From an uncultured virus (IMG/VR IMGVR_UViG_3300028048_003121) (taxonomy: Duplodnaviria > Heunggongvirae > Uroviricota > Caudoviricetes): 20,000 nucleotides of DNA. Location: IMG/VR virus record IMGVR_UViG_3300028048_003121. The stretch is one strand, 5' to 3'. The translations under genes and the position numbers were made by a program. A model generated the notes under the pieces. It did not search any database and was not told where the DNA came from. It worked only from the letters and a program-made list of their open reading frames with translations. How positions within the stretch are numbered: position 1 is the stretch's first letter; each line of letters starts with the position of its first letter. Below are positions 1-7,919 of this stretch, piece after piece.

Positions 1-65
1 GCCATCATCAAGTTCTGTTCTGGCGACAGACTCTTCTTCAATTTCTTCATAATAGAATCCTCCAT
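1..65 (-). CDS. 5' end of a hypothetical gene running off the window (MEDSIMKKLKKSLSPEQNLMM...)
   Basis: In-frame ATGs at 65 and 50 on the - strand, open to position 1, AT-rich upstream. Confidence 0.35.
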   Translation of the reverse strand, partial: MEDSIMKKLKKSLSPEQNLMM

Positions 66-343
66 AAAAATAAAGTGAAACAATAATATAAAAAATATTG
101 CTGCACTGATGATGCAACAATATCGTTTTCTGAACCTAATACAAACGGTGTATAAACTTTATACCCCCTTCTATTAGTATTATATCCTGCTTTTTGCCAA
201 TTTTAGGCATAGAGGATGGTATTTAACTTTATTTTAACACTATTCGTGCTAAAATATAGGTAATCTGTTCCAAAATGGGCAAAATCCGTTCCAATCAGCG
301 TTGGTGACGCTGAAAACTCTCTGCCACTATTTCTTACGCGTCG

Positions 344-613
344 CCTGTTGTTCATCTTGTGTTTATCCTTGGTTTTTTGACGACATTTCCCTTTGCAAAG
401 TTAGGCAGACGGATGGGTCGCCAAGTACCGTACCTATTCTTTCTGAAATTGCCTGGAAGCCTTCCGCAGATTACTGCATAATCTGGGTATTCCATGAAAT
501 TTCCTCGGAATTACTTGTCTAATACTCATCCTATATACTGCCTTTTTTAAGGCAAAGGAAAAGTCTAAAACCCGAAAGGATATGCCGATGTTAAAAAAAA
601 GCTCCGCTACAGG
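344..613. promoter_or_regulatory. Long imperfect hairpin, putative ssDNA (Frpo-like) promoter, copy 1
   Basis: Nested pairs: CAGATTA 467-473/TAATCTG 479-485, CAAGTA 422-427/TACTTG 512-517, AGGCAG 403-408/CTGCCT 538-543, CCTTTGC 390-396/GCAAAGG 552-558, TATCCTT 364-370/AAGGATA 576-582, CCTGT 344-348/ACAGG 609-613; - strand TAACTTTG at 403-396. Confidence 0.7.
458..493 (+). repeat. 36-bp direct repeat (hairpin apex), copy 1
   Basis: AGCCTTCCGCAGATTACTGCATAATCTGGGTATTCC identical to 13377-13412. Confidence 0.95.
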
Positions 614-688
614 AGCCAGAGAAGAAAAAGGAAGTCTTTCCCTCAGTTCAATCCGATATATCACATATACGCAACAACAAATAACCCC

Positions 689-734
689 AACAAACACCGA
701 AGCCGACGGAATATAAACAGGCACCGAGAATATG
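689..734 (+). repeat. Conserved pre-start leader motif, copy 1
   Basis: 37/46 identical to 13785-13830; both end in AGAATATG start. Confidence 0.85.
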
Positions 735-1127
735 AAACAACTTAATCAAGGTTTTAAAAACGCAATGACCTACGCAGCAGGGATGGAAAATTGGGTAAAC
801 AATTCTCTTCCTGGTGGTAAGCTGGAATACACCTTTGTCAGTGACTTCGCCAGAATAGACTGGCTGATGGGTAAGCAGGGTGTATTAGACACCTATAAGC
901 TTATCAAGAAAAGCTGGCTCGATAACTATAAGGCATGGACGGAGGTAGTAATAGCCGTCAATATGCTGGCTTGGGCGCATGATAATCTCAGAAAACAGGG
1001 CTATGCCGGACGTGAGCCTTTTATCGAACTCTACTCAGATCTCTATTATGAAGCTAAAGATGCTTTCTATGAGAAATATACGGGTGATGAAGAAAAATGC
1101 TACTACTTCTTCCAGATGACTGACTAA
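732..1127 (+). CDS. Conserved hypothetical helical protein of mobile elements
   Basis: 131-aa ORF, AAT-ATG start, TFxxDF...DTY...W...TE...YF..TD pattern recalled from phage/ICE hypotheticals. Confidence 0.85.
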   Translation: MKQLNQGFKNAMTYAAGMENWVNNSLPGGKLEYTFVSDFARIDWLMGKQGVLDTYKLIKKSWLDNYKAWTEVVIAVNMLAWAHDNLRKQGYAGREPFIELYSDLYYEAKDAFYEKYTGDEEKCYYFFQMTD

Positions 1128-1160
1128 AAGGAAACGGGAGGTCTAACCAGCCTCCCACTA
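1127..1160 (+). repeat. Post-gene GGGAG-CTAACCA-CTCCC hairpin motif, copy 1
   Basis: AAAGGAAACGGGAGGTCTAACCAGCCTCCCACTA, similar to 14409-14440. Confidence 0.85.
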
Positions 1161-1172
1161 TATAATATAGGT

Positions 1173-1703
1173 ATGAATACAAAAGATATCTTTAAAGGCA
1201 AGAGGATTAACACCCCTTACGGTATCGGTATAATCGAGGTTATGCCGATGAACAGCGAGAGCGACACTCTGATGGTTGAACTGGATCGTCCGACGTTTGA
1301 ATACTTCGGCCAGAAAGCTCATAAATTCGTGGTGGTGTCGTTCAAACAACTTAGCGAGGTTAAATACGCACCAGTTCCTGAGCGTTTGAAAGACAATCCA
1401 TCTTTCAAGTACCAGGCTTATCACTTCATTCCTGCAGGACTGTTTTCTGACTTTGGTATCGAGGATGATTTCTTTGCTATCTCGAAATGTATCACCCGTG
1501 ATAATATCCTCGCTATCTGGAATAAACATCAAGGGCCTGATGCTCGTTTTGACTGGGATGTCAACGACTTCTTTGCACAGGCAGGCGAACGAACCAATGA
1601 CGTATTCTACTGTGTTGAAACTGCATGCTTCTATGTACCAGGCGAAAATGAGCTGTTTATGCTAAAGAATGAATGTACTAAAGACTGGAAAAACAATGAA
1701 TAG
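1173..1703 (+). CDS. Hypothetical protein
   Basis: 176-aa ORF co-directional with neighbours. Confidence 0.8.
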   Translation: MNTKDIFKGKRINTPYGIGIIEVMPMNSESDTLMVELDRPTFEYFGQKAHKFVVVSFKQLSEVKYAPVPERLKDNPSFKYQAYHFIPAGLFSDFGIEDDFFAISKCITRDNILAIWNKHQGPDARFDWDVNDFFAQAGERTNDVFYCVETACFYVPGENELFMLKNECTKDWKNNE

Positions 1704-1995
1704 GACAGTTATACAGACGGAAATGTTCCCGGAAACGAAAATCTATGGCAAATATCACCTCGTTACCTACTGTGAGGATAATGGTGAGGATGATAAGGAC
1801 TATGTCAATGACATGATAACTGCCTGTGCCAAAGCCAGGCAATATCTGAATGGTGACTGCCTGACGGAACCTTACGAAAAGGTTTATCTCTTCAATGAAA
1901 TAGAAAACACATTGATTAAGGTGTTCGATAAGGATCATAAAAACGGTAGACCACCCTATCAGTTTGAAATTGCAAATTTTAATGTTAAATCATAA
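1696..1995 (+). CDS. Hypothetical protein
   Basis: Start moved to ATG 1696, overlapping the upstream stop; 99 aa. Confidence 0.75.
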   Translation: MNRTVIQTEMFPETKIYGKYHLVTYCEDNGEDDKDYVNDMITACAKARQYLNGDCLTEPYEKVYLFNEIENTLIKVFDKDHKNGRPPYQFEIANFNVKS

Positions 1996-1996
1996 T

Positions 1997-2323
1997 ATGA
2001 TGACGGTAAAAGTTACAAAGGAACAGTTAGCACACTGCCGCGAAGTGGCGGCAGCGGCTATCCGTTCTATAGCCGGAAAAGACGGTAAGGGTATGTTAAA
2101 GAAGTGGAATTGCTCCACTACATCCTATACCTTATATAATAATATGCCTACACTCATGCTGAAGGTCAACGGTAAACAACACCAGGGATGGGTTTTTGTT
2201 TCTCTGGAAGAAGGCAAAAATGGCTATGTCGTTTCTCTACTGAATGAAGATCATACTCTGAAACGGGCTGTTGTGGACGTTGAAAAAAAGGCTGTCAGAC
2301 AAGTTCTGATGGATAACATATAG
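1997..2323 (+). CDS. Hypothetical protein
   Basis: ATG at 1997 right after the stop at 1995; NMPTL.LKVNG..HQG.V motif. Confidence 0.8.
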   Translation: MMTVKVTKEQLAHCREVAAAAIRSIAGKDGKGMLKKWNCSTTSYTLYNNMPTLMLKVNGKQHQGWVFVSLEEGKNGYVVSLLNEDHTLKRAVVDVEKKAVRQVLMDNI

Positions 2324-2371
2324 CGTAAAACAGCCTATTTTGAAATTATTTTTGAAATAAATATTAAAATA

Positions 2372-2403
2372 TTTGCGTATTTCAAGAAATATTTATAACT
2401 TTG
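2372..2403 (+). promoter_or_regulatory. Bacteroidetes primary-sigma promoter for the 2437-12038 gene run
   Basis: TTTG (2372-2375) + 20 nt + TAACTTTG (2396-2403), consensus -33/-7. Confidence 0.85.
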
Positions 2404-2436
2404 CATACGAAAATACTAAAATAAGATATTTTACAC

Positions 2437-2778
2437 ATGGAGAATGTTATCACATATAAGAAGGTTGAACCCAATAAATCCTACGAGGTTTGGGTATCTA
2501 AACTCTTTGGTAATACTGGAGAATACCGCGTGAATGTGATTGAAGAGTGCGACTCTCATATTTCACAGACGGTCGATGTAAATCTCCGTTGGTACCGTGA
2601 CAGACGATGGCTTGAAAATTATATCAAAAGCCTAAAAGAAAGGACACATATTAAAATGATGGTCTTTGGAAATGGCGGTTGTATGAACGATGTTCATTAT
2701 CCTCTGGAAAAATACAAGGAACTCTTCGGACAATGGAAGGGTATGGATTTTCTCAACGACTTAAATATTGCAGCGTGA
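2437..2778 (+). CDS. Hypothetical protein
   Basis: 113-aa ORF just after a consensus promoter; TGATG coupling to the next gene. Confidence 0.85.
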   Translation: MENVITYKKVEPNKSYEVWVSKLFGNTGEYRVNVIEECDSHISQTVDVNLRWYRDRRWLENYIKSLKERTHIKMMVFGNGGCMNDVHYPLEKYKELFGQWKGMDFLNDLNIAA

Positions 2779-3758
2779 TGGCAGACTTCGATCTCTATAA
2801 TTACGATAAATATATCGTCAGCTTCTCAGGCGGTAAGGACAGTACGGCTTGTCTGCTGTTCCTCCTGGAGAATGGTGTTCCTAAAGAGAAGATAGAACTC
2901 TGGCACCAGGAGATAGACGGACGAGGCCGTAGCCTCTTTGATTGGGAAGTGACACCAGACTACTGCCGTAAACTGGGAACTGCTTTTGGCATCCCTGTCT
3001 ATTTCCAGTGGAAGGTGGGAGGCTTTGAGCGTGAAATGACACGCACAGAAAGCCTGACAGCGCCCGTCTGCTTTGAACTTCCTGACGGTTCAGTCCGACA
3101 AACAGGGGGTGATAAAGGCAAACCTTCCACAAGAAACAAATTCCCACAGCCGTCGCCGGATCTGCGAGTGCGCTGGTGTAGCGCCTACCTGAAAGTGGAT
3201 GTATGTGCCACAGCTCTTCGACATCAAGAGAGATTTCAAAATATCCGCACACTGGTGTTGTCTGGAGAACGTGGCGAGGAAAGTAAACAACGTGCCGGTT
3301 ATGCTATTATAGAGCCTGACAGGGCAGACTTACGTAATGGTCGAACGCCCAGACATATTGACCGCTTCCGTCCTATCCGTGACTGGAAAGAACAGCAGAT
3401 ATGGGACTTGTTGGAGAAATACCGCGTTCGCCCTCATCCCTGCTACTTCATGGGTTTTGGACGCTGCTCGTGTAAATTCTGTGTATTCGGTAACTGCCAT
3501 CAGTTTGCGTCAGCAGCTTGCTGCAGTCGTCGTCAGGCAGAGGATCTGATAAGCTTTGAGAAGAATTTCGGGTACACTATGAAACGTGATACCGACCTGG
3601 CATCATTGATCCGTAAGGGTGTTCCTTATGACACCATCACGGAGGAACTTCGTAGCCTCGCTACCTCTTATGAATACAGAATGCCAATTCTAATTGGCAA
3701 AAATGAAACATGGCAGCTTCCGGCAGGGGCGTTCCGTAAATGCGGTGGCCCGTCATAA
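2778..3758 (+). CDS. Phosphoadenosine phosphosulfate (PAPS) reductase-family / PP-loop protein
   Basis: VSFSGGKDS PP-loop, RWCS..LK, GERGEES..R, PI.DW, HPCY..G..RCSCKFC; start at TGATG overlap 2778. Confidence 0.9.
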   Translation: MADFDLYNYDKYIVSFSGGKDSTACLLFLLENGVPKEKIELWHQEIDGRGRSLFDWEVTPDYCRKLGTAFGIPVYFQWKVGGFEREMTRTESLTAPVCFELPDGSVRQTGGDKGKPSTRNKFPQPSPDLRVRWCSAYLKVDVCATALRHQERFQNIRTLVLSGERGEESKQRAGYAIIEPDRADLRNGRTPRHIDRFRPIRDWKEQQIWDLLEKYRVRPHPCYFMGFGRCSCKFCVFGNCHQFASAACCSRRQAEDLISFEKNFGYTMKRDTDLASLIRKGVPYDTITEELRSLATSYEYRMPILIGKNETWQLPAGAFRKCGGPS

Positions 3759-3794
3759 TATATAATAAGGTACAAACATATAAAGTCACTGATT

Positions 3795-4535
3795 ATGAAT
3801 AATAAGGTTGTCAAAACCAAGGCACAATGCCCAAAGACCTTTAATCGGGCTTTTGGTGTTCGCGAAATAGCACAGAAGATATGGGGTGAACTGAAAGTGT
3901 CAGACTCCTTTTCGTATCTCTATCGACGCTTTGGTGTTCCCTGTCTCGATACCAATAGCGAATACAAAATATCATATGAATACACTTTCTGGTATAAAGG
4001 GCTTTATTTCATCCTCTGCGGTACAACTCCAGATTTTGTATATCTGGACTGCTATTATCCGAAAAAATACTTCTGTCTACAACGTAACAGATACCGTAAG
4101 GATGTGCGAAACGTCTTTGAAAAGTCTTTGAAAGAGAATGTTCTGTGTTGGCCTTGGGCTTGTGGATTCTCACAGATATCTGATTCTTTGACGAAGAAAC
4201 AGTTAAAATCCTATAACACTAAGTTTGATGAAGAGGCACGGGTATTCTTTAGTAAAGAAGATTATAACTGGCTCGATTCCAGACAACATGTTAAACTCGA
4301 AGGAGCAGAAGCTGAAAAGTGTATGAATCTGATGGACGGTTTTTATAAATACTTACAGAATAAATTCAAGAAATGGGCTGGAAGCGATAAGGTCATCAAA
4401 ACTTTGTTCTGGTCTGATTACAATTTGAGATACCTTCCGGAAGTGGAGAAAATCGTTAAGGCTTTCTGTAAGGAAATGCTTAAAACGGAAAATATTCGGG
4501 ATTGTTCTATTAATATTCAGGGATGGCAGGAATGA
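3795..4535 (+). CDS. Hypothetical protein
   Basis: 246-aa ORF within the operon. Confidence 0.85.
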   Translation: MNNKVVKTKAQCPKTFNRAFGVREIAQKIWGELKVSDSFSYLYRRFGVPCLDTNSEYKISYEYTFWYKGLYFILCGTTPDFVYLDCYYPKKYFCLQRNRYRKDVRNVFEKSLKENVLCWPWACGFSQISDSLTKKQLKSYNTKFDEEARVFFSKEDYNWLDSRQHVKLEGAEAEKCMNLMDGFYKYLQNKFKKWAGSDKVIKTLFWSDYNLRYLPEVEKIVKAFCKEMLKTENIRDCSINIQGWQE

Positions 4536-4587
4536 ATTTCTACACATCCGTGGGGAAAATTATAGTGATAACCAAAATATAAAAATT

Positions 4588-6267
4588 ATGAATAAAATTA
4601 AGCTGTTATACATCGACCTTTTCTGTGGTGCCGGTGGCACGTCAACAGGTGTTGAACACGCCAAACTTTTCAATAAAAAATGTGCAAAGGTGGTGGCGTG
4701 TGTGAATCACGACGCTAACGCTATTGCGTCCCATCAGGCGAACCATCCCGACACGTTACATTTCACCGAGGACATCAGAACATTGGAACTTAGTCCGCTG
4801 GTGGCCCATCTTAAGAAGGTACGGAAGAAATACCCGGATGCTTACGTGGTATTGTGGGCCAGTCTGGAATGTACGAATTTCTCTAAAGCAAAGGGCGGTC
4901 AGCCGCGGGACGCGGATAGCCGTACCCTGGCTGAACACCTCTTCCGATATATCGAGGCTTTGCAGGTCGATTATATCCAGATTGAGAACGTCGAGGAGTT
5001 TATGAGTTGGGGGGATATGGATGAACACGGCCACCCAATCAGCAAAGACAAGGGCCGATGCTACCTGAAGTGGGTCAAGACCGTACAGCAATACGGCTAT
5101 GACTACGACTACCGCATTCTCAATGCAGCAGATTTCGGAGCATACACCTCCCGTAAACGTTTCTTCGGGCAGTTTGCCAAATGTGGACTGCCTATCGTGT
5201 TCCCCGTTCAGAGCTATGCCAAGAACGGCGACGAAGGCGGCATGTTCCATCAGTATAAGAAATGGAAACCTGTCCGTGAGGTGCTGGACTTGCAGGATGA
5301 AGGCAGCAGTATCTTCATGAAGAAAAAACCTCTCTGCGAAAAGACGCTGGAGCGTATCTTTGCCGGCTTGGTTAAATTCGTTGCTGGTGGCAAGAAAAAG
5401 TATGAGGACTTTATCTTGAAATATAACAGCATGAACAAGAGCGGACACTATCGTCCTGTTCCTACTGACGAACCGTGTCCTGTGGTAGCCACACAAAACC
5501 GACTGGGCTATGTCAAGCTGAATTTCCTCAGCAAGCAGTTCAGTGGCGACCCTGCCAGCAAGAACCAGTCCGTTGACAAACCGGCAGGCACCATTACCTG
5601 TGTCGATCACCATGCCTTCGTCACGGCATACTTCGGTAATGGCTTTAACAGCTCTATTGAAAGTCCGAGTCCTACTGTTACCACCAAGGAACGACATGCA
5701 CTTGTAAGCGTTGACCTGAACGAGCCGATGCCGGATGTTCCCTTGGATAAGGTAACCATTCAAACTAACCAGTTTCTCGCCAACGAATATAGCGGTGGCG
5801 GCCAGGTGGGGTCAATAGAAACGGTCAATCCTGCCGTTCTATGCAACCCGAAACAAAAACTGGTGTCGGCTGACCAGTACCTGATGAATCCTTATTCTTT
5901 CAAGAGTGACGGCGGTAGTATAGAGAATCCCTGCTTTACGCTGATAGCTCGCATGGATAAAATGCCGCCTTACCTGATTTCAACGGAGAAGGGAGAAATG
6001 GCAATAGCCATCTATGAGGAAGATTCTCCCATGACAAGGAAAATCAAGGAGTTTATGGCTGCATACGGCATCGTTGATATCAAGATGCGTATGCTGAACA
6101 TCCAGGAGCTGAAGCGTATCATGGGCTTCCCAGAGGACTATGTGCTGATAGGCACACAGGCAGAGCAGAAGAAATTCATCGGCAATGCCGTTGAAGTGAA
6201 TATGAGTCGAGTGCTTTGTGAGGCATTGTGTATGAAACTGTCGGACTATCAGAAAATGGCAATATGA
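4588..6267 (+). CDS. DNA (cytosine-5)-methyltransferase, orphan
   Basis: Motif I DLFCGAGG, motif IV SLECTNFS, motif VI IENV, motif VIII TSRKRFF, C-terminal MGFP.DY...IGNAV. Confidence 0.93.
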   Translation: MNKIKLLYIDLFCGAGGTSTGVEHAKLFNKKCAKVVACVNHDANAIASHQANHPDTLHFTEDIRTLELSPLVAHLKKVRKKYPDAYVVLWASLECTNFSKAKGGQPRDADSRTLAEHLFRYIEALQVDYIQIENVEEFMSWGDMDEHGHPISKDKGRCYLKWVKTVQQYGYDYDYRILNAADFGAYTSRKRFFGQFAKCGLPIVFPVQSYAKNGDEGGMFHQYKKWKPVREVLDLQDEGSSIFMKKKPLCEKTLERIFAGLVKFVAGGKKKYEDFILKYNSMNKSGHYRPVPTDEPCPVVATQNRLGYVKLNFLSKQFSGDPASKNQSVDKPAGTITCVDHHAFVTAYFGNGFNSSIESPSPTVTTKERHALVSVDLNEPMPDVPLDKVTIQTNQFLANEYSGGGQVGSIETVNPAVLCNPKQKLVSADQYLMNPYSFKSDGGSIENPCFTLIARMDKMPPYLISTEKGEMAIAIYEEDSPMTRKIKEFMAAYGIVDIKMRMLNIQELKRIMGFPEDYVLIGTQAEQKKFIGNAVEVNMSRVLCEALCMKLSDYQKMAI

Positions 6268-6827
6268 TAACTATACCGAAACATACTATTCCGACGTATA
6301 ACCCAAGTTCGACTGCTATCAATGAGCAGTCGGACTTCACGCGTCGTATTCCGTCATACCCTCCGAAGGTAAGGGTAAGGGTGGAAAAAGTTATTAAGCA
6401 GCTTATCCAGGCATACGACGTAGAGGAAAACCCAGAGAAAATGAAGGATATCTTTTTCAAAAAGGCAAGTCTCCTTCCTAATCCTACCTATTGGGAACTG
6501 CTACGCTCAGTATGGGTAGCTGCTGGTAGAGTTGATAATGTTCATGAGTTTATGCCGTTCTTTAAATCCAATAGACCCAGTAAGAATTGGTTTATGACTC
6601 CAGAGGACGCTACAGCATTTGATAAAATGGTTTTTCCATTGAAGGTATATCGGGCCTATAGCCAAGAACCGGATCCGGGAATATCATGGACTCTCGATGA
6701 ACAATGGTGCAAGGAATATGCTACTTTCAACGATAGACAAATTAAATCCCGCACCGTTATGCGTGAAGATGTTTTCGCCTATATCAGCAGACGAGGCGAA
6801 GAAGAGATAATCATTTTACCCAAATAA
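6264..6827 (+). CDS. Putative ADP-ribosyltransferase-fold protein (R-S-E class)
   Basis: ATGA coupling to the MTase; LKVYRA ... GISWTLD ... RGEEEIIIL. Confidence 0.6.
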   Translation: MITIPKHTIPTYNPSSTAINEQSDFTRRIPSYPPKVRVRVEKVIKQLIQAYDVEENPEKMKDIFFKKASLLPNPTYWELLRSVWVAAGRVDNVHEFMPFFKSNRPSKNWFMTPEDATAFDKMVFPLKVYRAYSQEPDPGISWTLDEQWCKEYATFNDRQIKSRTVMREDVFAYISRRGEEEIIILPK

Positions 6828-6828
6828 T

Positions 6829-7482
6829 ATGGCAGAGATAAAAATCACAAAGGATCTTCTGGTTCCTTTCGTTTCAAAAGATGAAACACGACCAGGACTG
6901 GCTGATGTTTTCCGTCAGCACGGATATGTTATAGCGTCAGACGGACACCTCTTGATAAGAGTGCCGGAGAATATGGTGGATGACCTGGAACAGATACCCG
7001 AACAAGGTCTTCCCAATACCGACAGTGTTATCCCAAAGGAATTGCCTTGGAATAAGCCAATAACCAAAGATTGCTTGATGAAAGCGCTGGCTAAAGCTCC
7101 CAAGGTGGAGGAAAAGGTAAGGTGTGAAGACTGTCACGGCTCTGGTAAGGTTGAATGGACTTACGAAGCCCAAAACGGCCATGAGTACACCGACACTTTT
7201 GAATGCCCTGTATGTCACGGCAAGGGTCATCATGGCGTGACGGGAAAACTGGTTCCAGATCCGCAACAACTCTATTCATTGGCTGGTGGAGCCATGAATC
7301 CGGAATGTCTGTATGATCTCATTCGTGTAATGGAAACATTTAAGGTAAAGAAGATGTCGCAACGCTCCTCTGATAACTTCAAGGCAATGTTTACTATCGG
7401 TGAAGTCCAAGTACTAAAGACATTTGTCATCATCGAAGGTGAAGACAAACCTCTACTGGATGAAATGATTAACATCAGATAA
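6829..7482 (+). CDS. Beta-clamp-like protein fragment with DnaJ-type zinc finger
   Basis: FVSKDETRP.L..V...IASDGHLL, PNTDSVIP; CEDCHGSG...CPVCHGKG. Confidence 0.6.
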   Translation: MAEIKITKDLLVPFVSKDETRPGLADVFRQHGYVIASDGHLLIRVPENMVDDLEQIPEQGLPNTDSVIPKELPWNKPITKDCLMKALAKAPKVEEKVRCEDCHGSGKVEWTYEAQNGHEYTDTFECPVCHGKGHHGVTGKLVPDPQQLYSLAGGAMNPECLYDLIRVMETFKVKKMSQRSSDNFKAMFTIGEVQVLKTFVIIEGEDKPLLDEMINIR

Positions 7483-7491
7483 ACTATCATA

Positions 7492-7806
7492 ATGGGCCAA
7501 CGCTATAGATATGAAGGTACTCCGGGCTGTTGCAGACCAACTCGTACATGGCGCAAATGGCTGATAGCCTATGAGGATGGCGAAGAGATATATGCCAAGA
7601 AAGGCTATATCCTCGACTTGGGTAAGCTAAGCATCCGGAGAGGACAGAATATCCATGTCTATGAAGAGACTATTACCCACATCATCAATCACAGAACACG
7701 CGAGATAGAGGTGAATAAGTTCAGAATAGAGATAACGGAACGCCTGAAGATGGAAATCAAAATTGAAAATTTAGATCGAAAACTTTTAAAAGAAAAAAGA
7801 ATATGA
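7492..7806 (+). CDS. Hypothetical protein
   Basis: 104-aa ORF tightly packed in the operon. Confidence 0.7.
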   Translation: MGQRYRYEGTPGCCRPTRTWRKWLIAYEDGEEIYAKKGYILDLGKLSIRRGQNIHVYEETITHIINHRTREIEVNKFRIEITERLKMEIKIENLDRKLLKEKRI

Positions 7807-7919
7807 ATATACTATCACTAATTATTGGTTGCACTCTTGGAAGCATTATAGGATATATTATAGCATATATCCAAGTCAGGTACGAGAATAAATCTAAACG
7901 GCAGAAAAGAAATGGATAA
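7803..7919 (+). CDS. Small single-TM peptide (38 aa)
   Basis: MNILSLIIGCTLGSIIGYIIAYIQVRYENKSKRQKRNG; ATGA overlap upstream and overlap with the next start; below the ORF-track cutoff. Confidence 0.6.
   Translation: MNILSLIIGCTLGSIIGYIIAYIQVRYENKSKRQKRNG

Noticed and set aside
458..493. 36-bp partly palindromic repeat resembling a CRISPR repeat
   Set aside because: Only two copies 12.9 kb apart, no spacer array and no cas genes
301..724. ORFs 301-522 (+) and 434-724 (-); also 13420-13644 (-)
   Set aside because: They fall within the hairpin elements and the frames are not conserved between the two copies
2778..3758. Call as cysH or dndC
   Set aside because: No cys, dnd or ssp neighbours; only family-level motifs are supported
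4756..5763. Long - strand ORFs (4756-5763; also 8577-9338 and 10780-11268)
   Set aside because: Antisense shadows of well-supported + strand genes
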